DNA of 64,000 nt from Antechinus flavipes (lineage: Eukaryota). A model generated the notes under the pieces. The model saw nothing but the letters and a program-made list of their open reading frames with translations. It was not told where the DNA came from and did no database searches. Each line of letters starts with the position of its first letter. Positions within the stretch are counted from its first letter, which is position 1. The translations under genes and the position numbers were made by a program. The DNA lies in NCBI RefSeq assembly GCF_016432865.1, contig NC_067398.1, positions 83,390,001 through 83,454,000 on the forward strand, written 5' to 3'. Shown piece by piece: positions 48,721 to 60,769 of this stretch.

Positions 48721-49421
48721 TCTCAGGGTCTCAGTTTCCCAATTTTTTAAAATAAGGGGATTAGCCTAGACAGTCTCTGGGGTCCCATGATCTTGTAATT
48801 CTTTCTTTAAACTTCCAAAGTAAAACTTACTTGTCATTTATTTGATCTGGAATTGTTTTGTTTTCCTAGACATATTGTTAAATCTCTAACTGAATTGTAA
48901 ACTCCGAGACAGCAGAAATTCTATAGTTTTTTTTTTTTCTGATTACATGTAAAGCCAATTTTTAACATTCATTTTTTTTAAATTTTGAGTTCCAATTTCT
49001 TTTTCTCCCTTCCACTTTTCCCCCTTCCTTGAGAAGGCAAACAATTTAATGTAGAATCAGTCAAGCAGAACATTTCCATATTAGTTATGTTGTGAAAGAA
49101 AACACAGCCCCCCCCAAAAAAACCAACCAAAATAAAGTTTTTAAAAAGTATGCTTCAATCTGTATTCACATTTCATCAGTTATTTCTCAGAAGATGGATA
49201 GCATTTTTTAGCATGAATTCTTTGGAATTATCTTGGAACATTGTGGTTTTTTGTTGCTTGTTCATTTTTTTTTGTTGTTTTTATAACACTTTTTAAAAAT
49301 TCCACTCTATCCTTTGTAACAAAGCATAAAGAAGAGATGAGGGGAAAAAAAACTTCAGCCAAACAAAACTAACTAATCAGCCAAGTCTCAAAATGCCTAG
49401 GCATTCTTCCTCCCCCCAGCC

Positions 49422-49452
<31 letters not shown>

Positions 49453-49602
49453 TTTAAAAGAATTTATTTAGCATTTTATTTTCCTAAGTTACATATAAAA
49501 ACAATTTTTAATATTCATTTTTAAAACTTTAAGTTCCAGATTCTTTGCCTTCATCCCTTCTTACCTGCCCCCTCTTTATTGAAAATACAGGCTATTTAAT
49601 AT

Positions 49603-49791
49603 TGTATCCAGGATATACTGTAACCTATTCAACATGTAAAGGACTGCTTGCCATCTGGGGGAAGGGGTGGAGGGAGGGAGGGGAAAAATTGGAACAGAAA
49701 TGAATGCAAGGGATAATGCTGTAAAAAAATTACCCTGGCATGCATTCTATCAATAAAAAGATATTAAAATTTAAAAAAAAAAAAGAAAAAA
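49603..49791 (+). mobile_element. Short 5'-truncated young L1 3' end with poly(A) and 21-bp TSD
   Basis: TSD aaaatacaggctatttaatat at 49582-49602 and ending at 49812; same family as 34080-34630. Confidence 0.88.
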
Positions 49792-51108
49792 AAAATACAG
49801 GCTATTTAATATAGCTTATACATGGGGGGGGGGGGTCATGCAAAACATTTGCATTACAATCATGTGAAAGATACCGCAGCCAAAAAAAAAAAAAAAAAGC
49901 CTTAAGAAAAATAAAGGGTTTTTTAATTTGTTTGTTTGTTTTTAGAGTATGCTTCAATCTACATTCAAACAGTATCAGTTCCTTCTCTGAGTATGTATAG
50001 TATTTTCCATCATAAGACCTTCAAAGTTGTCTTGGATCATTGTGTATATATATAATTTTTTTTGCTGAGGCAATTGGGGTTAAGTGACTTGCCCAGAGTC
50101 ACGCAGCTAGGACATGTTAAGTGTCTGAGTCCACATTTGAACTCAGGTCCTCCTGACTTCAGGGCTGGTGCTTTATCCACTGCACTACCTAGGATCATTG
50201 TATTGCTGAGAATGGTTATGTCATTCACAGCTTATCATTTTACAATATTGCTGTTACTTTGTTCACAGTATATTTCACTTTGCATCAGTTCATAGAAGTC
50301 TTTCCAGGTTTTCCTGAGAACATCCTGCTCATCATTTCCTATGACACAATTACATACAACTGTTCATTCAGCCATTCCCCAATTAATAATCATATTCTTA
50401 GTTTCCAATTCCTTGCCCCTAGGAAAGAGATGTTATAAACATTTTTTTGTGTATCATATATGTCCTTATCCTTTTTTTAAAGCCCGTTTTAGGATACAGG
50501 CCTAGTAGTAGCATTAAAATGCCTTTGGGTAGAGTTCCAAATTGCTCTATAGAATGGTTGAATCAGTTCACAACTGTGCTAACAGTATATTAATGTTTCA
50601 TTTTTCCTACATTTTCTCCAACATTTGTCATTTTCCTTTTTTGTCCTATTAGCTAACTTAATATGTATTCTTATGATTTCCCTTTTCTCTTTACCTTTTT
50701 ATGCCTCTCCAGAGTCTGATATTTGAACATCAAATTTCTATTCAACTCAGGTCTTTTCATCAGAATGTTTAAAAATTCTTCATTTCATTGAATTTATTTT
50801 TCCCCTTGATGTATTATAAGCACTTTTGATGGGAGAGATTCTTATTTGTAATCCTAAATCTTCTGCCTTTCAGAATGTTATATTTCAAAACCTCCAATTC
50901 TTTAATGTAGAAACTACTGAATCCTGTATTATCTTGACTGTAATTCCACAATACTTAAATTGTTTCTTTCTGACTGCTTGTAATATTTTCTCCTTGAATT
51001 TGGCTATAATGTTCCTAGGAGTTTCATTTTGAGATCTCTTTCATTTCTTTCCATTTATATTTGCCTTCTGGTTCCAGAATATCAGGGTAATTTTCCATGA
51101 TAATTTCT

Positions 51109-51290
51109 NNNNNNNNNNNNNNNNNNNNNNNNNNNNNNNNNNNNNNNNNNNNNNNNNNNNNNNNNNNNNNNNNNNNNNNNNNNNNNNNNNNNNNNNNNNN
51201 NNNNNNNNNNNNNNNNNNNNNNNNNNNNNNNNNNNNNNNNNNNNNNNNNNNNNNNNNNNNNNNNNNNNNNNNNNNNNNNNNNNNNNNNNN
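51109..51290. other. Assembly gap (182 N)
   Basis: Run of N. Confidence 0.99.
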
Positions 51291-53509
51291 TAGTTCAATA
51301 ATTTTTACATTCTCTCTCCTGGATCTATTTTCCAGGTCAGTTGTTTTTCCAATAAGATATCATACTGTCTTCTAGTTTTTATGTACTTTTAAAATTGTTT
51401 TTATTGTATTGTTTGTTTTATTGTTTCTTTGTTGTTTTTCATTTACTTTTTTATTGTTTTTTTAATGTTTATTGTTTCTCATAAAAGTCATTACCTTCCA
51501 TTTGCTCAATTCTAATTTTTAAGGAATTATTGCCTTGAAGGGGCTCTTGTATCTCTTTTTCCATGTGATCAGTTCTATTTTTAAAAGGGTTGTTTTCTTT
51601 AGTGGATTTTCCCCTCCCTCCCACAATTTAGTTAATTCTTCTTTTAAATGCATTCTTCTCTTCCTTGGCTTTTTATGCTTTCTTTAACATTTGACCTAGT
51701 TGGAATGTTTTTTAAAGTGTTATTTTCTTCAGTATTTTTTTTTTTTTTTGCATCTCCTTTACCAAACTGTTGACTTGTTTTTCATGATATGCTTGTTTCA
51801 CTCTCATTTATCTTCCCAATTTTTCTTCTATCTCTCTTACTTGATTTTCAAAATCCTTTAAAAATTTTTGCATGGCCTGAAGCCACTTAATATTTTTCTT
51901 GAGACTTTCAATGTAGGAGATTTGACTTAATTATCTTTTGAGTGAATGCTTTGATGTTACTTGTCACCTAGTAACTTTCTATGGTCAGAACAGTTTTCTC
52001 TTGTTTGCTCATTTTTCCAGTCTACTCCTTGACTTTTATCTCTTTTTAAAAGTGGGGTTCTGCTTCCAGGGTGAAGGGAACAATGCCTCAAGCTTCAGGG
52101 TTTTTGGACAGCTGTTTTCAGAGATAATTTAGCAATTTGTATGTTTTCAATTTACAAGGCTGAATGATCTAAGGAGAGTATTTACTACTCTTCTGGCCTG
52201 TGACCACAAGCACTTTTTTTTGCTTGAACTAAGAAGGGGCCCCCACACCACTGTGGCTGCAAGCTCTGGTGTGCTAGCACTCTTTGCCTTTAAGACTGCC
52301 CCCACTCAGGACTGTGACCTGTCTTCAGATATGGGTAAAGCAATAGAGTCCTGCCTCAGTGTTAGCAAAGAGATCCCTATAATCTTCATATGACAAGGGT
52401 TTTGTTTTGTTTTGGTTTGTTTACCCTCTTACCATCTTTGACTTAACTGCAGAAGCTGCTGCTGCTGCTGTTAATTCAGTGGCTCCTAAGGCCCACTCTA
52501 GTTTTGCTGGGGCTGGGATTGTGTTGAACTGTGTTCCATTCTCATCCTAGTAAAACAGATTTTTCTTGCCAAACTTCTAAGTAGTGCTGGGCTGGAAAAT
52601 CATTTCACTCCATCTTTTTTCGTGGATTCTGATGCTTTGAAATTTGTTTAAAGATACTTGAAGGGATTTGGAAGAGAGCTCAAACAAGTCTCTGCCTTTA
52701 TTTGACCATTTTAGCTCTGTTTCTCCAATCTTGGATCATTGTATTGCTGAGGATAGTTAAGTCATTTGGGGTTGTTAATTACAATGTTGCTGTTACTGTG
52801 TATAATGTTATTCTGATTCTACTCATTTCACTTTGCATCACTTCATATACATCTTCCCAGATTTTTCTAAAATTATCTACTAGCAGAAATTCAATAAGAG
52901 ATACAGGATGGTTTAATGGAAAAAACCTGGCACTGTAAATCTGAGGTGGGGTTGGAGTTGGGGGAAGAAGAGAATGAAGAATATGTCTTGGACTAGCCCC
53001 CTGATATGAAGGTCATGATTTCTAAAGCACTTTGTAAACTTCAAAAAGTGCCAAAGATATATAAAACTATTACTCTTATTAGTCAACATTCCTCCATCCC
53101 AAGTCTTTGCCACTAACTTACCATGTGACATCTAGAATCAAAGACTTTAGGACAGGAACAGACCTTTAAGACCATCTAGACTAATAATATAACCCCTTCA
53201 ATTAATATATGGGGAAACTGAGGCTAGGGGATCTCACAGGTCTATCCAAGGCTTCCTAAGTAGTTACTTAGCAGGAAAAACAGAATTTGACTTCATGTTT
53301 TTCTGTCCTTCCCCCCTGAATCAAATGGGGGAGGGGGAATTGGCCAGCTGATCTGGGAAAGTCCCATTAGTTTTGCCAAACTATTTCTTCTTCCCTATCT
53401 TTCAGACAATACAACTGTGTAATCTCCTACCTCCTTATCTCTGCATTCTTTTTCTGACCCTACAGCTGCCTTCTGATCAAGCTCTGAGCTGAAATGATTT
53501 TCACTATCC

Positions 53510-53874
53510 NNNNNNNNNNNNNNNNNNNNNNNNNNNNNNNNNNNNNNNNNNNNNNNNNNNNNNNNNNNNNNNNNNNNNNNNNNNNNNNNNNNNNNNNNNN
53601 NNNNNNNNNNNNNNNNNNNNNNNNNNNNNNNNNNNNNNNNNNNNNNNNNNNNNNNNNNNNNNNNNNNNNNNNNNNNNNNNNNNNNNNNNNNNNNNNNNNN
53701 NNNNNNNNNNNNNNNNNNNNNNNNNNNNNNNNNNNNNNNNNNNNNNNNNNNNNNNNNNNNNNNNNNNNNNNNNNNNNNNNNNNNNNNNNNNNNNNNNNNN
53801 NNNNNNNNNNNNNNNNNNNNNNNNNNNNNNNNNNNNNNNNNNNNNNNNNNNNNNNNNNNNNNNNNNNNNNNNNN
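53510..53874. other. Assembly gap (365 N)
   Basis: Run of N. Confidence 0.99.
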
Positions 53875-55698
53875 CAAGACAGAGGGAAAGGAGAAAGGGG
53901 GGAGAGACAGACAGACAGACAGAAGCAGAAAGGCAAAGACAGAATGGGAGACAGAGAAATAGAAAGAGAAAGGGACAGACAGAATGAGTGGTCATCAGAG
54001 GTGTGAGGAATGGAGATTCCAGAAAATCAGTTTTCCATTGAGAAAGTGTTCCTTTCTTCCACTGCCCCCACAATGCTCAAAACTTCCTCACTTTGGAAAG
54101 AAGATAAGGAAGGAAGTGGTTAGAGCTGTGGGCTTGGAATCAGGAAGACCAAAATTTAATCAGACATCGACTAGCAATGTGATCTTGGACAGTCACTTAA
54201 CCTGTTTTGTTTCAGATTCTTCATCTGGAAAAACGAGGATAATAATAGCATCTACTTCCCAGGGTTTTTGGCAAGATCAGATATAGTATTTGTAAAGTAC
54301 CTGACATATAGGTTATCATAGAGTCATCATTATGATAAGGATTAGTAATGTAGGTGCTTTCACAGATAGAAAAAAAAAAAAGCTATCATTCTGTGCTCTG
54401 TTTTAGGTATAAGCCTGCCAGAAACAATTCTGTTGATTTAACATTACCCTGAACTCAAACATCTCTAGTTCAGAGAAATGTCCAAACTGATACTGTTCTC
54501 CTCCCTGCCTCATGTAACATGCCCTTAGACATCTCTGTACCGCAAGACATTTTGAGTCAACATTTATAGCAGGAGTTCTTAATGTGGACTCGGTGATTTG
54601 GTTGGCTGTTTTTTTTTTTTGGATGGTTTTTAAAAATATATTTTGACATCTATATTTGAACATAATTAATATCCTTTGGAGTTCAATATCTTTTATTTTA
54701 TTCCTATAAAAACATTCTTCTGACAAGAGGTCGATATTTTTCAACAGATATTGCCCAAAGGGCTCTTCTCCATCATCAAGGTCTTAATCCTTTCTGAATG
54801 GAAAAGAGATTTCTGCCCTTAATGTGCTACAGATCTTCATTTGGGGGTGGGGGCTGTCTAACTTAAGTCGCCAAATCCATTGATTTGGAACTCTCATTCT
54901 CAACAATTGCTGTGGACTTTGGACTTCTAGCTTTAAGAGGAAAGATAGATGAGGTCAGCCACATTTCCATTTCTTGAAGGAAAAAGTGGGGAAGAAACCA
55001 ATATGAGGGAAGTTGGCAGTCTCCATTATGTCCCTGTCTTCAGCTACTGGTACTCTGGGAAGTTTGGGGGAGTTTCCCTTTGGGTGAGGTCCAGGACTCC
55101 CTATCTTGTTTGAGCTGAGTTATCTCACTTCCAATGAGAGAGCTCCTTCACTATTTCAGATATATATATTTTCCAATTTCTGTTTTGCTACCGATTTGGA
55201 TAAATGAGTTTCTTTGCAACTTGCTATATGTGTTCGTTGTAGAACTGGTATTTGGTAGGAAAGGGTGTAAGCCTTGGATATAAAGCCTGGAGTCCTTCTT
55301 CCTTCCAATAATGAAACAGTAGTCTACAATGAACAAGTCGAACAATACTTAAGGGAGCAGATAAATATCATTCTAGCCCAATACTCATTCTCTCTGAGGA
55401 GAGCAGAGTGGTTTCCAGCTTCAACTTCTTATTTCCTCTCTTACAAGAATTAAAATTTCCCTTGAAGAAGGGTCAGGAAAAATGATGCTAGAGATGTTTA
55501 TTCTGGTTCCCTTTGAGCTACCAGAGAAGGCCATGCAATATATAGGGGGCAGCTATCCCAACCAATGGGGCATCTTCAACACATTGGGAATCAAAGCTTG
55601 GTTAGCACCTTTAGTTCACATTCCTTGGTCTTTAGCATATGGTCTTGACTCTTTTCCCCCTTTCATAAAGGGAAAAATCTAGAAAGGATGGTTGACAA

Positions 55699-56279
55699 TG
55701 TTGAGAAATGAGGGTGAGAGCCCCACAGGCTAGTGTGGGGTTCTTGCAAAAGAAGTCACAGTCCCGAATGCAGGAGAGGTTTGTGGCAAAAAATGGATTT
55801 ATTATACTGCGAAAACAACTTCTCAGCAGGGTCTTCCAAGAGGAATTTTCGCAAAGGTAGGTTTTTAGCAAAGATGGGTTTATACTGAGAAATAATTTCC
55901 TCAATGGGCCAAATCCAGAAAGGGGTTAGCAAAAATGGGTTTACACTGAGAAGAAACAACTTCTCAGTGGGCCAAATCCTATTTGGATTTTTAGCAAAGA
56001 TTTGGGGTTCTGGCTTTGATTACATTAGGTTTTTATGGCCCGAGGCTGGGGAGCAATCTCCAGATGAATTTGAGGGACTAATTTTCAATTCAAAAAAGAG
56101 TGGTGATTATGCCCCAGGCCAAGATCTCCAATTGAATTGTAGAGAGACCTCCACGGGAGTTTCCCCTAGGAACAGGAGGATGGGGCCCCTGCCAGAGGCC
56201 AAGAGGGGTTGAGCTTTTAGGGTTTCTTTAACCCAGGTCTACCCCCCGCAACAAGATCAGGGGGATACAGTTTAAATCA
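55699..56279 (-). mobile_element. Solo LTR about 720 bp upstream of the first HYAL1-like ATG
   Basis: Minus strand TGAT...CAACA; internal blocks match 59271-60352 (cccctgatctt, gacctgggtta, ggcctctgg, aataaa...gggactg.ga.ttct); no clean TSD found. Confidence 0.7.
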
Positions 56280-57001
56280 AGTAGAAAAATGTTTCTTAAT
56301 TCTTTCAATTAAATTAAAAAGGTTTTCAATAATCTTTCACATATTCTACCTCATTCTCTTTTCCTCCTTAGACATCTGTTTCCTCATCTGTAAAATAAAT
56401 TGGGGGTTTTTTAATGACCCCACACCCAGGAAAACCTAGGGATCCAAAAGTAGAAGTCTAGTGGGGAGGAAGGAGAATTCTCTGAATTTAGATGAGAAAT
56501 ACATTTTGTCATTATTTTCACTAACTTCTAGAGATGCTGCCCCAGGGGAACACATTAAACAAAAATGGATTTGGATAAGTGATTTTTATGGTCCCTTTCT
56601 TTTCCTGTTGTAAATCTCATGATCTGATAGTTGAAAGGCCAGCCGGTGCTTTAGGGCTTCCCTGTATCCAGAGAGCCCACTCTGTACCAGCTGTTTCTCT
56701 TTTTCTGGTTTGGGAGTTAGCAAGGGAGGAAGTGAGGCCTGAGGTTGGGGAAGATATTGGGCCAGGTGACAACTCACTTGAAGAGTTCAGAACAAACTAG
56801 AACAGTGATATGAAACAGGCAGTGCTTGCTTTGATGGGATGAAGAGTGGGAGGGATTTGTGCCTGAGAATGGGCAGGCCCTTGAAGGCTCTGCATAAAGC
56901 TTGTCAGTTGAAAGCAAAGGCAGAAGGCTGAAGAACCAAGGTGAGTGCCAGCTTATCTTGCCCTCCTAGTGAGTCGGAGGAATTAGTCCCACCTGCACAT
57001 C

Positions 57002-57916
57002 ATGGTTCTGAATACCTTCTCCGTGGGGCTACCACATCTATACGCTCTCCTGCTGTGTCTGCCCACCCCGGGCCAGAGCATCGTGGCTCCTGTGGTCCCC
57101 GATGTCCCCTTTGCTGCCATCTGGAATGTTGGCACCAATTTCTGCCAGAAAAAATTTCAAATCAACATTGATCTGGAAACCTTTGATATCGTGGCCAACC
57201 CGGGCCAGGCCTTCAAGGGGCCAAACATGACCATCTTCTACAGCAGTCAGCTGGGCCTTTACCCTTCCTACACATCTGACGGTCAGCCTGTTAATGGAGG
57301 CCTGCCACAGAATGCCAGCCTCAATGCTCACCTGGCCAGGGCTCGCCAGGATATCTTGGCCTCTATGCCCACACTAGGTTTCCGGGGTCTGGCAGTCATC
57401 GACTGGGAGTCCTGGCGCCCGGTGTGGGCTCGCAATGGGGGATCCAAGAACATTTACCGGGAACGCTCTCGGGAAATGGTCAGGGCTCAGCACCCGGACT
57501 GGTATTCTTGGTGGGTGGAGAGGAAAGCCATAGAGCAGTATGAGGGGGCTGCCAAAGCCTTCATGCTGGACACCTTGAAGTTGGGAGTGTCCTTGAGGCC
57601 CCAGGGGCTCTGGGGCTATTACGATTTTCCAGACTGCTACAATTACAACTTCCAGAGCCCCAACTACACAGGCCAGTGTTTACCTGGAATTGAGGACCAG
57701 AATGACGGCCTTCAGTGGATGTGGGAGGAAAGCCATGCCCTCTATCCCAGCATCTACCTGTCCCCAAAGCTGGCAGGCAACGGGCATAGCCTGCTTTATG
57801 TCCGCTCGAGAGTCCGAGAGGCCTTCCGGGTAGCAGGTAGAACCAGGAGTTCTCACCGACACATCCTGCCTTACGCTCAGATATTTTATGAGAACACAGA
57901 TCGCTTTCTGTCTTTG
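57002..57916 (+). CDS. HYAL1: Hyaluronidase-1-like gene A, first coding exon (signal peptide, GH56 domain; catalytic D134/E136 in AVIDWESWRP)
   Basis: 915 nt = 305 codons; MTIFYSSQLG, GGLPQNASL.AHLAR, WGYYDFPDCYNY, YPSIY; donor TTG|GTAAGT at 57916. Which copy is the HYAL1 orthologue is unresolved. Confidence 0.93.
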
Positions 57917-58207
57917 GTAAGTGTCTTTACCACTTCCCCCAGCCAATCAATCCCTCCCTCTGAGGCTAGAATGTGGGTCCAGTATGGAGCCATCAGAGCC
58001 CCATTGTCACTGACAGGTACCCCAGCCTCGGGCTGAGATGCCTGGGAAAGCTAGATTTTATTTATTCCCTTCTCACTCCCATGAAGCCCAGTAAGTAATG
58101 TTGGTGTGATCTGCTAATTTCACCCAGACCCAGGACTCCATGGCAGCTCTGCTCCCCCATCCCTATTGACCCCGTAATCCCCTCAGCTCTGGGTTTGTTC
58201 TCTGCAG

Positions 58208-58297
58208 GAGGACCTGGAGAGCAGCATTGGAGAGAGTGCAGCCCAGGGAACAGATGGAATCGTGCTGTGGATCGGCTGGTCGAACTACAACAGCAAA
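58208..58297 (+). CDS. HYAL1: HYAL1-like A 90-nt exon (EDLESSIGESAAQGTDGIVLWIGWSNYNSK)
   Basis: CAG acceptor, AAA|GTGAGG donor; GESAAQG and VLW..W are HYAL1-type. Confidence 0.94.
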
Positions 58298-58914
58298 GTG
58301 AGGAAGGCCTGAGGCTTGGGAGGAGGGACCTTGAATAAGGCCTGGGGACTGATATCTAGGGGGAGGATCAGTGGAAACAAGAAGGCATTTTCAACTCTGC
58401 CCAAATTCTTATGGGTACTAGGCATCCAGGGAAAGTGGGGGGGGGGAGGGGGAAAGGGAGGAGTTTCCCCTCAATACTGTACCTCTATCAACCTGTCACA
58501 GAGGCCTGATATTCCTCCATTAGAGCTCCAAGTTAAGGGGCAAAGATTTATTTCGATGCTGAGAGGCAGCTAATTTGGAAAGGAATTTAGCCAAGAACTA
58601 GAAGCAAGAAGATAATTTTATTGGAAAGACAAAGATCAGATTCAGTAGTTTTATGACTAAAGGTACAATTGAAGATGGTGGGGCAGGAGGGATTGAAATG
58701 CATTGAATTGAGGTGGAAAGCTCCTATCATTGAATTTTATGGCTTACTGATCAATAGATGGTCCTCTGATAGCCATTTGTTTGTGACACTCCCCAAGGCT
58801 GGGTAACCTTAGGGTTTCTCAGAAATTGCATAATTCCCCTGGAAGGTCCATTTCATCATCTCTAAATCTACTCACATAAGATTGGCACTGAAGCCATCCT
58901 CTCTTTGTTCACAG

Positions 58915-59241
58915 AAATCGTGCCAGGCTATCAAGGATTACATGGACACCACCTTGGGCCCTTTCCTCCTGAATGTGACTAGCAGTGCCCACCTCTGTAG
59001 CCAGGCTCTGTGCTCAGGACATGGGCGCTGTAGCCGCCGCCCAGATCACCCCCAAGCCTTCCTCTTCCTCAACCCCTCCAGCTTCTCTCTCCGGCACCAG
59101 CCAACCAGTGGGCGTCTGGGAGTAGAGGGCATCTTGACACATGACGCCAGAGCCAGGATGGCCAGTGAGTTTGAATGCCGATGCTACACAGGCTGGAATG
59201 GAGAACAATGTGAACTCCAGGATGACTCTCCCTCTCCTTAA
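58915..59241 (+). CDS. HYAL1: HYAL1-like A last exon (EGF-like domain, no GPI tail); total 443 aa
   Basis: SCQAIKDYMDTTLGPF.LNVTS, CSQALCSGHGRC, CRCYTGWNGEQC; TAA at 59239-59241. Confidence 0.95.
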   Translation, partial: KSCQAIKDYMDTTLGPFLLNVTSSAHLCSQALCSGHGRCSRRPDHPQAFLFLNPSSFSLRHQPTSGRLGVEGILTHDARARMASEFECRCYTGWNGEQCELQDDSPSP

Positions 59242-59270
59242 TGTAGAAACTAACATCAGCAGGGTGAGAT

Positions 59271-60352
59271 TGATGCAATGGGACTCTGTCCCCTGATCTT
59301 TGGGGGGGTGGGGGTGGACCTGTTACGCCACAGTTCTCTTTAACTGTCCTGACTCAGTTTCCCTGTACTAGTTTCCCTTGTCTCAGTATCTTTAACTGTT
59401 CTTTGTCAATCCCCTAAGCTGTAAACCGCCACCCCCCCCCGCCCCCCGGTTCATTACTGAGGACCAATTACTCTAAGGTTATAAATTGTTAGCCCAAGCA
59501 AGATAAACAAGAGAGTAGGCCTTCTGACTCTTTTCTGTCCTCAAGAATTTACAATATCCCTCTAAAATATTCCAAGATATTTCACTGACATCTTTATCTC
59601 TGTGTATTCAGACATCCTGTCTCTGGGTTTTTTGGGGTTTATGGCCTCTTCCATCCTGACAGTTTTCCTGCGCTTCTCACCCCTTCCTTTGTTCAGAGAA
59701 AAGGTATTTAAGAAGTTGGGGTTCCTCCATTCATTGCTGGAGGATGGCGGCTGGTGGCTGCATGATGGACGCTGGATTCTTTGAGATGACAGTCTCCTCC
59801 AGCCCTGGGACCAACATGGATTCCTTGGTTCCAGTATATCTTTATCTCTGTCTGACTGGATAATTTGAGACGAGAGTCCTGGCCAGTCAATCTTACTCTC
59901 CCATTAATAAAATATTAAAAACTCTCTAATCTCTCTCCTGCCTCAGTTTCTCCGGCATTACAGGCCTGGGTTAGAAAAACCCTGAATCTCAACTCCTCCT
60001 GGCCTCTGGGAAAATTCCTAAAATGATCACCACCCTTCAGTCCTGATTCCCATGGGAAAATCCCATGGGAAAATCTGGGAATCAGTTTGGTCTGGAAAAC
60101 AATAGCCATCCTTTATTGATTTGGAAATTAGTCACCCTAACCCTAAACCATAGAAAGCTACATAAAATCAAAACATTGTAACCCAAACTTTGCTACCTTT
60201 CTAATCAGGAAAAGGCCCATTGAGAGAGCTGCTCAGTGAAAATAAACCTATTTTTACCAAACCTTGCTTGGAGACTGGGACTGCGAATTCTTAAAACCTG
60301 CAACATTGGCCTGGGGACCCCCATCGATGTTAGGGTATCTCACCTTTCAACA
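59271..60352 (+). mobile_element. Older solo LTR in the HYAL1-like A 3' UTR, interrupted by a younger LTR
   Basis: TG...CA ends; perfect 4-bp TSD AGAT (59267-59270 and 60353-60356); AATAAA at 60241-60246. Confidence 0.82.
59321..59962 (+). mobile_element. Younger solo LTR nested in 59271-60352
   Basis: TGTTAC...CATTACA ends; TSD GACC/GGCC (the uninterrupted family copy reads gacctgggtta); AATAAA at 59906-59911. Confidence 0.85.
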
Positions 60353-60769
60353 AGATGAAGTCAATGACATATGAAATTACAATCATAGATACATGTGATC
60401 CCATTTATAGATGCAAACACTAATAATCAATCAAATGTGTATGGCATGCCAGCCACTCTAGAAATAAAGGAAAAGCAAGATTCCCTGCCCTCCCAGAGCT
60501 GGAAACAGACTGGGATATTCCAAGAGTTTAAGCTTTCGAAGCCTTTTCCCATATAGTTTCTATTTCAAAACTGGGCACAAGGAGAAGCTCAGTAAATACT
60601 GCACTTTCTAAATGAATGAATGAATCCATATGTAAAGTTAGCCAGAACTAACCAAATTTACATCTGGTCACTGCTGTACAAAAGCATCCAGAAATACTCA
60701 CATCACTTCTAACGCACTCACACATACACACGTGACAGACAGAGGAGGCAAAGAAGGCAGAACCGGGAG

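Larger units (their letters stand above)
48930..53000 (-). mobile_element. Composite of L1 fragments (3' UTR, ORF2 and ORF1-region pieces) with SINE insertions
   Basis: Reverse-complemented L1 motifs such as aatgtgatatagttc-like blocks, ttccaaattgctct and ttctctctcctggatctattttccaggtcagttgtttttcc; boundaries approximate. Confidence 0.7.

Noticed and set aside
57917-58036. C-terminal extension of the 344-aa ORF (similarly 3842-3900, 16956-17171, 26776-26796)
   Set aside because: Read-through past consensus donors into introns.
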